A DNA stretch of 64,000 nt from an uncultured Desulfobacteraceae bacterium (lineage in GTDB: Bacteria; Desulfobacterota; DSM-4660; Desulfatiglandales; HGW-15): the NCBI GenBank assembly GCA_964580575.1, contig CAZOLJ010000004.1, forward strand, positions 30,354 through 94,353, in the 5' to 3' direction. Positions 16,214-24,993 of the stretch are shown here, in pieces; within the stretch, counting starts at the first letter, position 1, and each line of letters begins with the position of its first letter. Below the pieces are notes generated by a model that was not told where the DNA came from, did no database searches, and saw only the letters and a program-made list of their open reading frames with translations. Made by a program: the position numbers and the translations under genes.

Positions 16214-17107
16214 ATGATAGACGAGATCCTTTACAGGCTCATCCGTTTGACCATCCGCATGATGTCCCATATTTACTACCCCCTCGCGCAGCATATCGGA
16301 AGGGGATGGGGGACGATCGCTTATCTCATACCCATGAGCAGGAAAAAAGTGGCTCTGGAGAACATCAGGCAAAGCTTTCCTGCCCTCACGAAAAGGGAAG
16401 CAAGAAGGCTCCTCAGAAGGGTGTACCTGCACTGCGGCCAGATGTTCTTCGAAATCCCTCACATCTTTCGCATGACCCACAACACCCTTGACCGCTACGT
16501 GACCTTGGACGGAGAGGAAAATGTGGTCAACGCCTTGAGCAGGAACAAAGGTGTGTTTTTTCTTACCGCCCACTTCGGGAATTGGGAGTTCCTGTGCGCC
16601 GCAGGTTCCCTCATGACCGGGAACCTAGCCGTCATAGCCAGACCCGTTGATTTCAAGCCTTTTGATCGCGTGATCGCCGAGATCCGCACCCTTTTCGGCA
16701 CCGAGGTGATTCTCAAGCAAAAGGCCCTGAGGAGGGTTCGGGGTGCGCTGAGAGAAAACAAGCTCATCGGCATTCTGCTGGATCAGAATGTGGACTGGTA
16801 TGAAGGCATTTACGTTCCCTTCTTCGGCCGGTGGGCCTGCACAAACAAAGGACTGGCAATACTCGCGGTGATGACCGGAACGCCCGTGGTGCCCGCTTTC
16901 CCGGTCAGGCAGAAAGACGGACGGTACCGTATCATCTTTGAAAAGGAAGTGGAACTCCGGCAAACGGGAGACAGGACGAGGGACATCGAGGAGAACACCG
17001 AACTATTCACAAACATCATCGAGAAGTATGTGAGAAAATACCCTGACCACTGGTTCTGGTTTCACAAGAGGTGGAAGACGAAAAACTACTGTCCCCTACC
17101 CCGATAG
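16214..17107 (+). CDS. LpxL/HtrB/MsbB-family (lipid A secondary) acyltransferase
   Basis: 297 aa. FLTAHFGNWEF is the HX4(D/E) acyltransferase motif; ends DHWFWFHKRWK, typical of the family. ATG start. Confidence 0.8.
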   Translation: MIDEILYRLIRLTIRMMSHIYYPLAQHIGRGWGTIAYLIPMSRKKVALENIRQSFPALTKREARRLLRRVYLHCGQMFFEIPHIFRMTHNTLDRYVTLDGEENVVNALSRNKGVFFLTAHFGNWEFLCAAGSLMTGNLAVIARPVDFKPFDRVIAEIRTLFGTEVILKQKALRRVRGALRENKLIGILLDQNVDWYEGIYVPFFGRWACTNKGLAILAVMTGTPVVPAFPVRQKDGRYRIIFEKEVELRQTGDRTRDIEENTELFTNIIEKYVRKYPDHWFWFHKRWKTKNYCPLPR

Positions 17108-17177
17108 CTGCACCTCTGCCCGCGCAACCCCCTATTGCCCCGACCGCCGTCCCCAGTCCGGGCTGTAATTCGCTTTG

Positions 17178-17206
17178 TTGACAAGCCGCCCAATTGCCAT
17201 CAGAAT
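17178..17206 (+). promoter_or_regulatory. sigma70-like promoter candidate for glpK
   Basis: TTGACA (17178-17183), 17 nt, CAGAAT (17201-17206). Confidence 0.35.
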
Positions 17207-17240
17207 GCCCGTGAACGAAAACAAAGGGACAGGTTGAAGC

Positions 17241-18758
17241 ATGGAAAAATTCATCGGTGCAGTGGATCAGGGCACAACGAGTACTCGGTTCATCCTTTTT
17301 AATCACAGCGGCGAGATCGTCGGAGCAGAGCAAAAGGAGCACAGGCAGATCTTCCCAAAATCCGGGTGGGTGGAGCATGACCCAATGGAGATCTGGAGCA
17401 ACACACAGCACGTCATTCGCGCCGCCCTAGCGCGAGCGGGAATCCAAGGTTTGGACCTGGCTGCCATCGGTGTGACGAACCAGCGTGAGACCACGGTGGT
17501 GTGGGACAAGAAAACGGGGCAACCTTACTTCAACGCCATTGTGTGGCAGTGCACGCGCACCCACGAGATTTGCCGGGACTTGATCACCCATTATGGGCAG
17601 GAAGCCTTTGAAGCCAAGACCGGCTTGCCGGTTGCAACCTATTTTTCAGGACCCAAGCTTAGGTGGATTCTGGACAGCGTTCCTGATGCCGCGCGTGCCG
17701 CCCGGAAAGGCGACGCGCTTTTTGGAACGGTGGACACTTGGCTCATCTGGTGGCTCACCGGAGGGCCCCACGGCGGAGTGCATGTCACGGATGTCACCAA
17801 TGCGAGCCGCACCATGCTCATGGACCTGGATGCCCTTGAATGGGAGGAGAGCATTCTCCGGGCTCTGGATATCCCCAGGCCCCTGCTGCCCAGGATCGTT
17901 CCTTCCATCGACAGAAGTGTTTGGGGATATACCTCAAAGGACGGCCCTCTGGGACACCTTGTGCCTGTCTGTGCTGCTCTGGGGGATCAGCAGGCGGCCC
18001 TGGTGGGGCAAACGTGCTTTCAGAAGGGAGAGGCCAAGAACACCTATGGGACAGGGTGTTTTCTCCTCATGAACACCGGTTCCGTGCGCGTCCGATCCAG
18101 GCACGGATTGATCACGACGGTGGGGTACCGAATCGATTTGCAAGCCCCCGTGTATTGTCTGGAAGGCTCTGTGGCCGTGGCAGGGGCACTCGTTCAGTGG
18201 CTGCGCGACAACCTGGGGATCATCGCAAAGGTGCCCGAGGTCGAGGACCTCGCCAGGACTGTAGACGACAACGGAGGGATCTACTTTGTTCCGGCCTTCT
18301 CAGGGCTCTTTGCTCCCTATTGGCGTGCGGATGCAAGAGGCGTGATCGCCGGACTCACGCGCTTTGTGAATAAGGGGCACATGGCGCGTGCCGTGCTGGA
18401 AGCGAGCGCCTTTCAAACCAAAGACATCGTTGAAAGCATGAACCAGGACTCAGGCGTTGCCTTGCGAAGCCTCAAGGTGGATGGGGGCATGGTAACCAAT
18501 GAACTTCTCATGCAGTTCCAGGCGGACCTGTTGAACGTGCCCGTCATTCGCCCCAAGATCACGGAGACGACAGCGCTCGGGGCGGCTTATGCCGCAGGAC
18601 TCGCTGTAGGGTTCTGGCCGGATCTTGAAAGTCTTCGCCGGAACTGGACCATGGATAAAACGTGGCTTCCGGCCATGCCGCAACAAGAGAGGGGGAAAAG
18701 ATACGGCGAATGGAAAAAGGCCGTTGAAAGAACATTCAGCTGGGTTGACGGGAAGTGA
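17241..18758 (+). CDS. glpK: glycerol kinase
   Basis: 505 aa. [46 protein letters not shown]. Confidence 0.95.
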   Translation: MEKFIGAVDQGTTSTRFILFNHSGEIVGAEQKEHRQIFPKSGWVEHDPMEIWSNTQHVIRAALARAGIQGLDLAAIGVTNQRETTVVWDKKTGQPYFNAIVWQCTRTHEICRDLITHYGQEAFEAKTGLPVATYFSGPKLRWILDSVPDAARAARKGDALFGTVDTWLIWWLTGGPHGGVHVTDVTNASRTMLMDLDALEWEESILRALDIPRPLLPRIVPSIDRSVWGYTSKDGPLGHLVPVCAALGDQQAALVGQTCFQKGEAKNTYGTGCFLLMNTGSVRVRSRHGLITTVGYRIDLQAPVYCLEGSVAVAGALVQWLRDNLGIIAKVPEVEDLARTVDDNGGIYFVPAFSGLFAPYWRADARGVIAGLTRFVNKGHMARAVLEASAFQTKDIVESMNQDSGVALRSLKVDGGMVTNELLMQFQADLLNVPVIRPKITETTALGAAYAAGLAVGFWPDLESLRRNWTMDKTWLPAMPQQERGKRYGEWKKAVERTFSWVDGK

Positions 18759-18786
18759 GCGCTGTCCTTGCACAGCGGCTCCTTTT
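18758..18786 (+). terminator. possible intrinsic terminator after glpK
   Basis: agcgctgt-ccttgc-acagcg(g)ct: an 8-bp stem with one bulge, followed by ccTTTTg. Confidence 0.4.
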
Positions 18787-18937
18787 GAAATGGGTGTTTC
18801 AGAATTCGCAGCAAAACGCTCTTGGGGGACAAGAATACGGTCTTCTTTTTGAGAAGCGCAATCCACACAGCTTGCCGTTGTGTGTCAACAAACCGGCGTC
18901 CGCCGTTAAAGCGCCTCAAAGCCCAAGCCCACGGTTG

Positions 18938-20101
18938 TTAAGCCAGCACCTTGACCATGAGAGGGATGGCGACGAAGGTGCCGAGGGAGGCGCCCAGGTT
19001 GGTGAAAACCACGACCAGAAGGATCCGGGTGATCTTGTTGCGCCAGAATCCCTTGAAGGAAGCGATGTCGTCCAGGAGGCTCTCGAAATCCTTGACCTTG
19101 GGTTTGGCAATGGCCGCTTCCACCAGTCCCGACACCCATCCGGCCGCAATCAGCGGGTGAAGCGTAGTAAAAGGAGCTGCAGCCGCTGCAGAGAAAATCG
19201 TAAGGGGATGTCCGAGAGCCGCGGCTGCTCCCAGGGCGGCGAGCACTGCGGTTGTCAGGGTCCACCATTTCACCATCTGGGCGGTTGCCATCATTCCTGA
19301 ATAGAAGAATCCGAAGAGGATCAGTCCGACGATGAAACCCGGGATCCCCCATCCGAGGATCTTGCCCAGTTTGCCTTTGGGAGGGAGTTGCTCCAAGGAG
19401 GCCAAATCCACTTCCTTGTCCCAGGAACTTAGAATACCCGGGACATGCCCTGCCCCGACCACGGCCACAATCCGGTTTCCGGGCGCGTGGCGAATCTTGT
19501 GACTGAGATACTGATCTCTTTCATCGATGAGGATTCTCCTCACTTCAGGAAGAACCTCCCCGATTTCGGAGAGGAGCGTATCCAGAACATCTTTCTTTTT
19601 CATCTCCTCGATCTGCTCCTGGGTGATCTCATCCACTTCCCAGACGGAAGACAAAATCTCGGTCAGGAGTTTCGTCTTTTTCCAGAACCCCATGAGGCGC
19701 CAGGTGCGAGACAGGGTGATCCGGATGTCCCTGTCTGCCAGATGGACAAGGGCCCCTGCCGCCTCGGCCGATCGAATGGCCTGGAGGATTTCCTCGCCCG
19801 GCCTGATTCCGAGCTTCTGGCCGATCTTTCTTTGAAAGCTTGCAAGGAGGAGGTTGGAGAGGAGGAGAAACGCTTTCTTGTCCTTGATCACCTTGAGGAG
19901 ATCCGTGTTCTCCCACTTTTTTTTCTGAGTGAGAGAATCGTAGCGGGACTCGCAGAGCTCCACACAGACCGTGTCCGGTTTCGTCTCTTCAATCACCCGG
20001 CTGACCAGGTCGGCGCTCTCCTGGGAAATGTGAGCGGTGCCGACCAGGATGATCTCTTTCCCTTCAAGGCGGAGCGGATGCACATTGGGATGTTCAACCA
20101 T
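18938..20101 (-). CDS. TraB/GumN family protein
   Basis: 387 aa. N-terminal EIILVGTAHISQESADLV and a C-terminal membrane-spanning part. Confidence 0.85.
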   Translation of the reverse strand: MVEHPNVHPLRLEGKEIILVGTAHISQESADLVSRVIEETKPDTVCVELCESRYDSLTQKKKWENTDLLKVIKDKKAFLLLSNLLLASFQRKIGQKLGIRPGEEILQAIRSAEAAGALVHLADRDIRITLSRTWRLMGFWKKTKLLTEILSSVWEVDEITQEQIEEMKKKDVLDTLLSEIGEVLPEVRRILIDERDQYLSHKIRHAPGNRIVAVVGAGHVPGILSSWDKEVDLASLEQLPPKGKLGKILGWGIPGFIVGLILFGFFYSGMMATAQMVKWWTLTTAVLAALGAAAALGHPLTIFSAAAAAPFTTLHPLIAAGWVSGLVEAAIAKPKVKDFESLLDDIASFKGFWRNKITRILLVVVFTNLGASLGTFVAIPLMVKVLA

Positions 20102-20107
20102 AAGGTT

Positions 20108-21934
20108 TTACGTTTCCTTTATTTCACCGGTGAATTTCAGCAATTGCCTTTTGTAGTACTCCACGTTCTCTCTTGCAAGACTTATCGCCTCTTGGATCGT
20201 CTCGGCAGCCTCCCGGGCAAACCCGTTGGCATAGAGAGCCTCGGCCAGGGTATCGAGAAACACGGGCAACCTCTCAAGGGCCACGGCCCTGTGCGCCAGG
20301 GCAAGGGCTTTCTTCTTGTCGCGCAGCTCCGGCTCCTCCGCGGTCACGAGGATCCACGCCAGGTTGTTGAGAGCAATGGGCTGGTTCTCATCGAGGCTCA
20401 GAACCCGCTCGTAGAGCCTGATGGTTTCCCGGATTTCTCCTCTCTTGTGGTAGAACATGGCAAGCCTTTGCAGGAGAACCACATCGCTGGGATTCTTCAC
20501 CAGGTGTTCGTAAAGGGCCTCTTCTTCCCACTCGTTGAACAGCCTTTCCTTGAGGGGGCTGACGTTCAGGAAATACGCGAGGCTGATCATCGCCGCAAGA
20601 TAAAGGGCGAAGCAGACGCCGACAAACCGATTGTGCTTCCTGACCAAGCCGGGGTCCCTGAGAAATTTCCACAGCCATTCCACTCTCTGCCTGATGCTGA
20701 AATGGTGCCAGCTCGGCAAATCGCGTATCTTCCCGCTCAGGATGGCGATCGTCTCCAGGGAGCTTATGGTCTGGCCAGGACCTCCCATCATGAGGGCGGA
20801 ATAGAGGTCTGCCTGGCGCTCGAAGTGGCGCATGAAGAAACCCATGACATAGCGGAAATAGACGATCATGCTGACGAGGATCGGCAGGGCCAGCACAAAG
20901 TACAGGAAGCTGGCATCCGCCGAGGCGCCCGTCCTGAAGATATCCATCAGGAAGGGCCGCGTTGAGAGCCATAGGGCAAAAAAGTCCCAAAGGCCTGTGG
21001 AGACCACCGCGAACCCGATGAAGAACACGAGGTAGAAGAAGAAGTGCCGGTACCGGGCATGGCCCATTTCATGGGCGAGTACGGCTTTCAGCTCCTCCAA
21101 GGACAGGAGGTCCATGAGGGATTCGGTGATGAGGAGGTATCGAAAACGGGGCACCATGCCCATGATGCCTGCGGTCATCATCCTGCCTTCAAAGATGGGC
21201 CACCTCAGAAGTTCCTGGTACTTGAATTTCTTTTCTTCGAGAAAACTCTTCAAGGCATTTACTTTTTCAGAGGGAAGGAACGGCCTGCATCCCCACCAGT
21301 AGCGGATCAGGCCGGGCATGAAGATCATGAGAACGAAAAGGAAAAGGGAAAAGAAGACGGCCTCTCCCTCGGGCCTGTTCAGGAGAGACTGAAGGCTCCT
21401 CCAGGAACTCAGAAAGATCAGGTCATAGATCAGGGTGAGCAGGACCCAGGGGAACAGGACAGGCACGTTGAGCTTCAGGCTGGAGACGATGTAGGACCTG
21501 CGGGTGATCCCTGTATGAAAGGTGCGATCGTAAACAGGAAAGGCGAAATACCAGATGGTCGCCTGGTAGGCGATGAACAGAAGGACCGCCAGAACACCCT
21601 GGAGCACGGAAAAGGACCGGATGAAAGGAACCACCTGAAGCCAGGTCTTGATGTGAAAGAGGTGGACGTCAAGGGCGAACAGAAAGATCGCCAGCACGGA
21701 GAAGCGGAACACCAGAGAATGATACTGCTCCGCAGAGGAAGCCGTCTCTCTTTCCGGTTCAGCGATGGGACGGAGGAGGCGCTGAAATCCCCACCGGCAG
21801 TAGGCCGCAAAGATCCCCCAGGTGGTAACCAGCATGATCAGCGTATACCAAAGGGAATCTTCGGGAACCCCTCTCTGCTGGCTGATGCTCAGGATGAGGA
21901 GAACAAGGATGAAGTAGAGGACGTTGTTGAACAT
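20108..21934 (-). CDS. M48 family membrane metalloprotease with C-terminal TPR repeats
   Basis: 608 aa. Multiple TM segments, HEMGHARYRH zinc motif, TPR-like C-terminus (YHKRGEIRETIRLYERVLSLDENQPIALNNLAW). Confidence 0.85.
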   Translation of the reverse strand: MFNNVLYFILVLLILSISQQRGVPEDSLWYTLIMLVTTWGIFAAYCRWGFQRLLRPIAEPERETASSAEQYHSLVFRFSVLAIFLFALDVHLFHIKTWLQVVPFIRSFSVLQGVLAVLLFIAYQATIWYFAFPVYDRTFHTGITRRSYIVSSLKLNVPVLFPWVLLTLIYDLIFLSSWRSLQSLLNRPEGEAVFFSLFLFVLMIFMPGLIRYWWGCRPFLPSEKVNALKSFLEEKKFKYQELLRWPIFEGRMMTAGIMGMVPRFRYLLITESLMDLLSLEELKAVLAHEMGHARYRHFFFYLVFFIGFAVVSTGLWDFFALWLSTRPFLMDIFRTGASADASFLYFVLALPILVSMIVYFRYVMGFFMRHFERQADLYSALMMGGPGQTISSLETIAILSGKIRDLPSWHHFSIRQRVEWLWKFLRDPGLVRKHNRFVGVCFALYLAAMISLAYFLNVSPLKERLFNEWEEEALYEHLVKNPSDVVLLQRLAMFYHKRGEIRETIRLYERVLSLDENQPIALNNLAWILVTAEEPELRDKKKALALAHRAVALERLPVFLDTLAEALYANGFAREAAETIQEAISLARENVEYYKRQLLKFTGEIKET

Positions 21935-21967
21935 GCCGCTTGTGTCCTGCTGGGGGATCTGCCTCTT

Positions 21968-22126
21968 TCACCAGTAGAGGCACCGGAGAGCACAGAGATG
22001 TCTTCGCCTATCGGGAGATACCGATAGGCGAAAAGAACTCCATGCAAACATTAAAACAATTTCTAGCTGTGCTGTTTATCACTCAAATTATTCTTCTTCT
22101 GTGTGTCCTCTGCGTCTCTGTGGTGA
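21968..22126. repeat. copy A of a two-copy ~160-170-bp structured element (imperfect terminal inverted repeats plus conserved-core hairpin)
   Basis: Left end TCACCAGTAGAGGCAC (21968-21983). Hairpin ttcgcctatc/gataggcgaa around the core CGGGAGATACCGA (22012-22024). Right end TGTGTCCTCTGCGTCTCTGTGGTGA (22102-22126). Compare 43110-43281. Confidence 0.75.
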
Positions 22127-22131
22127 GTCTA

Positions 22132-23631
22132 CTAGGCGGCCGGTTCGGTCTGGGACGGCGCGAATTCCAGTTTCCCTCCTCCAGGCGGCATGAAAGGATC
22201 GGCATGGAGAAGGATGGTCACGCTGTAGCGCTTTTCGATGTCGGCCAGTTCCTTCCTCTTCTTGTTCTGGAGGTATCCGGCCACATCCACCGAAAGGGTT
22301 CCCTCCACCTTGCTCACATTCCCCTTTGAGACGCCCATAAGAATTCGGCGGAGATAAGAGACTGCCGCGGACTCCACGGAAATCACGATGCCCCGGCCGT
22401 CGCACGCACGGCAGATCTGATAGCTCTTGGACTCGATGGAGGGCCTCAACCTCTGGCGGGAGAGTTCCATGAGCCCGAATTTGGAAATATGAGAGGTGTC
22501 CACCTTGGCCCGGTCTTTTTTCAGTTCCTCCCGGAGCACCTTCTCCACCTCTCTCACGTGCTTGGATTCCCTCATGTCAATGAAATCGATGACGATCAAG
22601 CCGCCCAAGTCCCTCAATCTCAACTGTCTTGCGATCTCCCTGGCCGCCTCCAGGTTGGTGTTGAAGATCATGGTCTCCGTGTCGCTTCCGGTCTTTCCCC
22701 GACCGGAGTTCACATCAATGGAGATCAGCGCCTCGGTCGGGCTGAGCACAATGGACCCGCCGTGTTTGAGGTAAACTTTGTTCCCATAGATGCTCTCGAT
22801 CTGATCCTCGATTTCGTACTGATCAAAGAGGGGCCGCGTATCTTCATAGAGTTTCACCTTCTCCTGGTCCCTGGGGGAGATGATCTTCATGTACTCCTGG
22901 ATCTTCGCGTAGGTTTCCCGGTCATCCACCAGGATCTCGTTAATGTCGCTGTTGTACGAGTCCCGGAGCGTTCGGAAACACAGATCCTGTTCCTTGTGAA
23001 TGAGAGAGAGGGACGGCGCCTCCGGCACCCTTTCCCTCACGGTCTTCCACATTCTCACCAGTCGGGTCACATCTTTGGAGAGCTCCCGCTTGCTCTGGCC
23101 CGCAGCCACGGTCCGCACAATGTAGCCGAGATCCTCGGGCAGCTTGAGCTGGACCATGAAGGCCTTGAGCCTCTCCCGCTCCTCTTCGTTCTCGATCTTT
23201 CGAGAAACGCCGTTGATCGTGCGGCCGGGCGTCAGGACAATGAACCGACCGGCAAGCGAGATGTAGGTGGTGAGCTGGGCCCCTTTGTGGCCCGGCATTT
23301 CCTTGATCACCTGAACCAGCAGGTCCTGGCCCTTTTTGAGGGCTTTTTCAATAGGCGGGTAATTCTGGTCCCTCCAGGAGGAAAGATCCATGTGGTAGTA
23401 TTCCGGGTGAATGTCCGTCATGCCCAGGAATCCGTTCCGGTCTGTGCCGAAGTCGACAAAACACGCTTGAAGCTTTGGTTCGACCCGTTCCACCACCGCC
23501 TTGTAGATGTTTCCCACCTTTTGCTCGGCCGTGGACGTTTCGATCTGGAACGCATCGAGCGTTCCGTCCTTGAGAAAGGCGATCCTGTACTCTTCGGGGT
23601 CAACGGCATTGATCAGCATGGTTGTTTTCAT
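22132..23631 (-). CDS. rng: ribonuclease G (Rne/Rng family)
   Basis: 499 aa. S1 domain (VGNIYKAVVERVEPKLQACFVDFG) and catalytic core (SIVLSPTEALISIDVNSG). Confidence 0.9.
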   Translation of the reverse strand: MKTTMLINAVDPEEYRIAFLKDGTLDAFQIETSTAEQKVGNIYKAVVERVEPKLQACFVDFGTDRNGFLGMTDIHPEYYHMDLSSWRDQNYPPIEKALKKGQDLLVQVIKEMPGHKGAQLTTYISLAGRFIVLTPGRTINGVSRKIENEEERERLKAFMVQLKLPEDLGYIVRTVAAGQSKRELSKDVTRLVRMWKTVRERVPEAPSLSLIHKEQDLCFRTLRDSYNSDINEILVDDRETYAKIQEYMKIISPRDQEKVKLYEDTRPLFDQYEIEDQIESIYGNKVYLKHGGSIVLSPTEALISIDVNSGRGKTGSDTETMIFNTNLEAAREIARQLRLRDLGGLIVIDFIDMRESKHVREVEKVLREELKKDRAKVDTSHISKFGLMELSRQRLRPSIESKSYQICRACDGRGIVISVESAAVSYLRRILMGVSKGNVSKVEGTLSVDVAGYLQNKKRKELADIEKRYSVTILLHADPFMPPGGGKLEFAPSQTEPAA

Positions 23632-24986
23632 GAGCTTCCATTTCTTCCATGACGTTTGAAGTGCTGCTGCGCCTGGTACATAAAGGTCCGGATGGCCGCT
23701 TCCCGGCCGGGTTGAAAAGAGCCGTCATAAGGCGTGTCCAGGTAGGGAACTTTCTTCTGATTCATGATGGGTCTGATGATGGACGACGTGACGGTGCTGG
23801 GCATGCAGGTGAAAGGGTACACATTGACCACCCCGTTATAGCCCTGATGCACATACTCGAGGATCCCAGGAATACTGAGACAGGCTTCGGTCCCCACGTC
23901 AAAGGAGTAAATTTTTTCTTTCCCCAGGATCCGGTCTAGGTGATGGATCCGGTGATCCTCCGCCAGGTCCAGAAGAGGCCTCACCCTCTTGTACACCTGA
24001 TCCTGCCGGTAGTGCTGGTACGAGAGGTCCACACCGTAGGAGAGGATCTTCTTGAGGGAGTCCCTGATGCGGCTCACCCGGAGCAGCTTGAGGCTCAGAC
24101 GAAGACCGATCTTTGCCTCTCTCATCCGGTCATAGGTCGTGTAATTGACCCACTCGGCAATGGATGCGTTGACCACCTCTGCCCCGTGTTTTTCCAGCAG
24201 CCGGATCACCTCCTGATTGGCCTGGACGTGGGTTCTCAGGTAGATCTCGCCCACAATTCCCACCAGGGGCTTCCGTGGAATGCCGGGGTCAATGATTTTC
24301 TTCCCTTCCCGGATGATTTCCGCGAGCTTGTCGAGAATTCGCTCAAAATCCTTGCTCGAACCGTACCGCTCAAAAGCATCGGCCATGGTGTGGCTGGCTC
24401 TTTCAATGAATTCGTCCGCCCTTCCCTTCTGCTTCTCATAGGGTCTCACTCGCCAGAGCAGCCGGTCGAGCACATCCGCCACCACCACCGAGAAATAACC
24501 GACCTTTCGAAATTCCCTCGTCTGCTCTTCGTCGAACATTCCGTCCAGGGCATAGGAGTTTTTCGAAGTGAGAGATCCGATTTTGAGGCTCTCCAGTTCG
24601 GGAAAAGAGTCCAGCACAATGCGCTGGTACTTGTTGTACATGCCGAAACGGCAGGGCCCTTCCGCTTGGGGCATGAAGTAAATGTAGCGGTCCGGATCAA
24701 AATCCTCGCCCAACCTTTCCTTCTCTTTTTTGAGAAACAGCAGGATATCGCCTGTGGTCACCTGGCACGGGAAACATTCTTTGCCGGAGGTGAAGGCTTT
24801 TCCAAGATCCAGGCCTTCGTAAGTGTCCATGAGCACGGCGTTGACCCCGAAACTCCTGAAGGCCCCTGCCAGAAGAAGCCCGCCGATCCGGTTCATCTGG
24901 GGAATGAGGAAAGTTTTGTCTTTCAGCCTGAAGGCCCCGACGTTTTCCGACAGGGAACGAAAGGTTTGTTGGGTTTCTGCTTCCAT
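23628..24986 (-). CDS. HAD/BCR-family (2-hydroxyacyl-CoA dehydratase-like) subunit, PlsR-like
   Basis: ~452 aa from ATG 24986 (GAGG 7 nt upstream; the track start 25019 would overlap the upstream gene). Always-paired partner of the upstream double-activase protein. Its stop overlaps the rng start by 4 nt. Confidence 0.65.
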   Translation of the reverse strand: MEAETQQTFRSLSENVGAFRLKDKTFLIPQMNRIGGLLLAGAFRSFGVNAVLMDTYEGLDLGKAFTSGKECFPCQVTTGDILLFLKKEKERLGEDFDPDRYIYFMPQAEGPCRFGMYNKYQRIVLDSFPELESLKIGSLTSKNSYALDGMFDEEQTREFRKVGYFSVVVADVLDRLLWRVRPYEKQKGRADEFIERASHTMADAFERYGSSKDFERILDKLAEIIREGKKIIDPGIPRKPLVGIVGEIYLRTHVQANQEVIRLLEKHGAEVVNASIAEWVNYTTYDRMREAKIGLRLSLKLLRVSRIRDSLKKILSYGVDLSYQHYRQDQVYKRVRPLLDLAEDHRIHHLDRILGKEKIYSFDVGTEACLSIPGILEYVHQGYNGVVNVYPFTCMPSTVTSSIIRPIMNQKKVPYLDTPYDGSFQPGREAAIRTFMYQAQQHFKRHGRNGSS

Positions 24987-24993
24987 GGTCGCC

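Noticed and set aside
3739-17107. Lipid island as a horizontally acquired mobile island
   Set aside because: No integrase, transposase, tRNA or flanking direct repeats are visible, and the composition looks like the surroundings by eye. I make no claim of mobility without a compositional or phylogenetic test.
19445-20965. 506-aa + strand ORF
   Set aside because: It spans the junction of two well-supported minus-strand genes (TraB-like, M48 protease). It is an antisense shadow.
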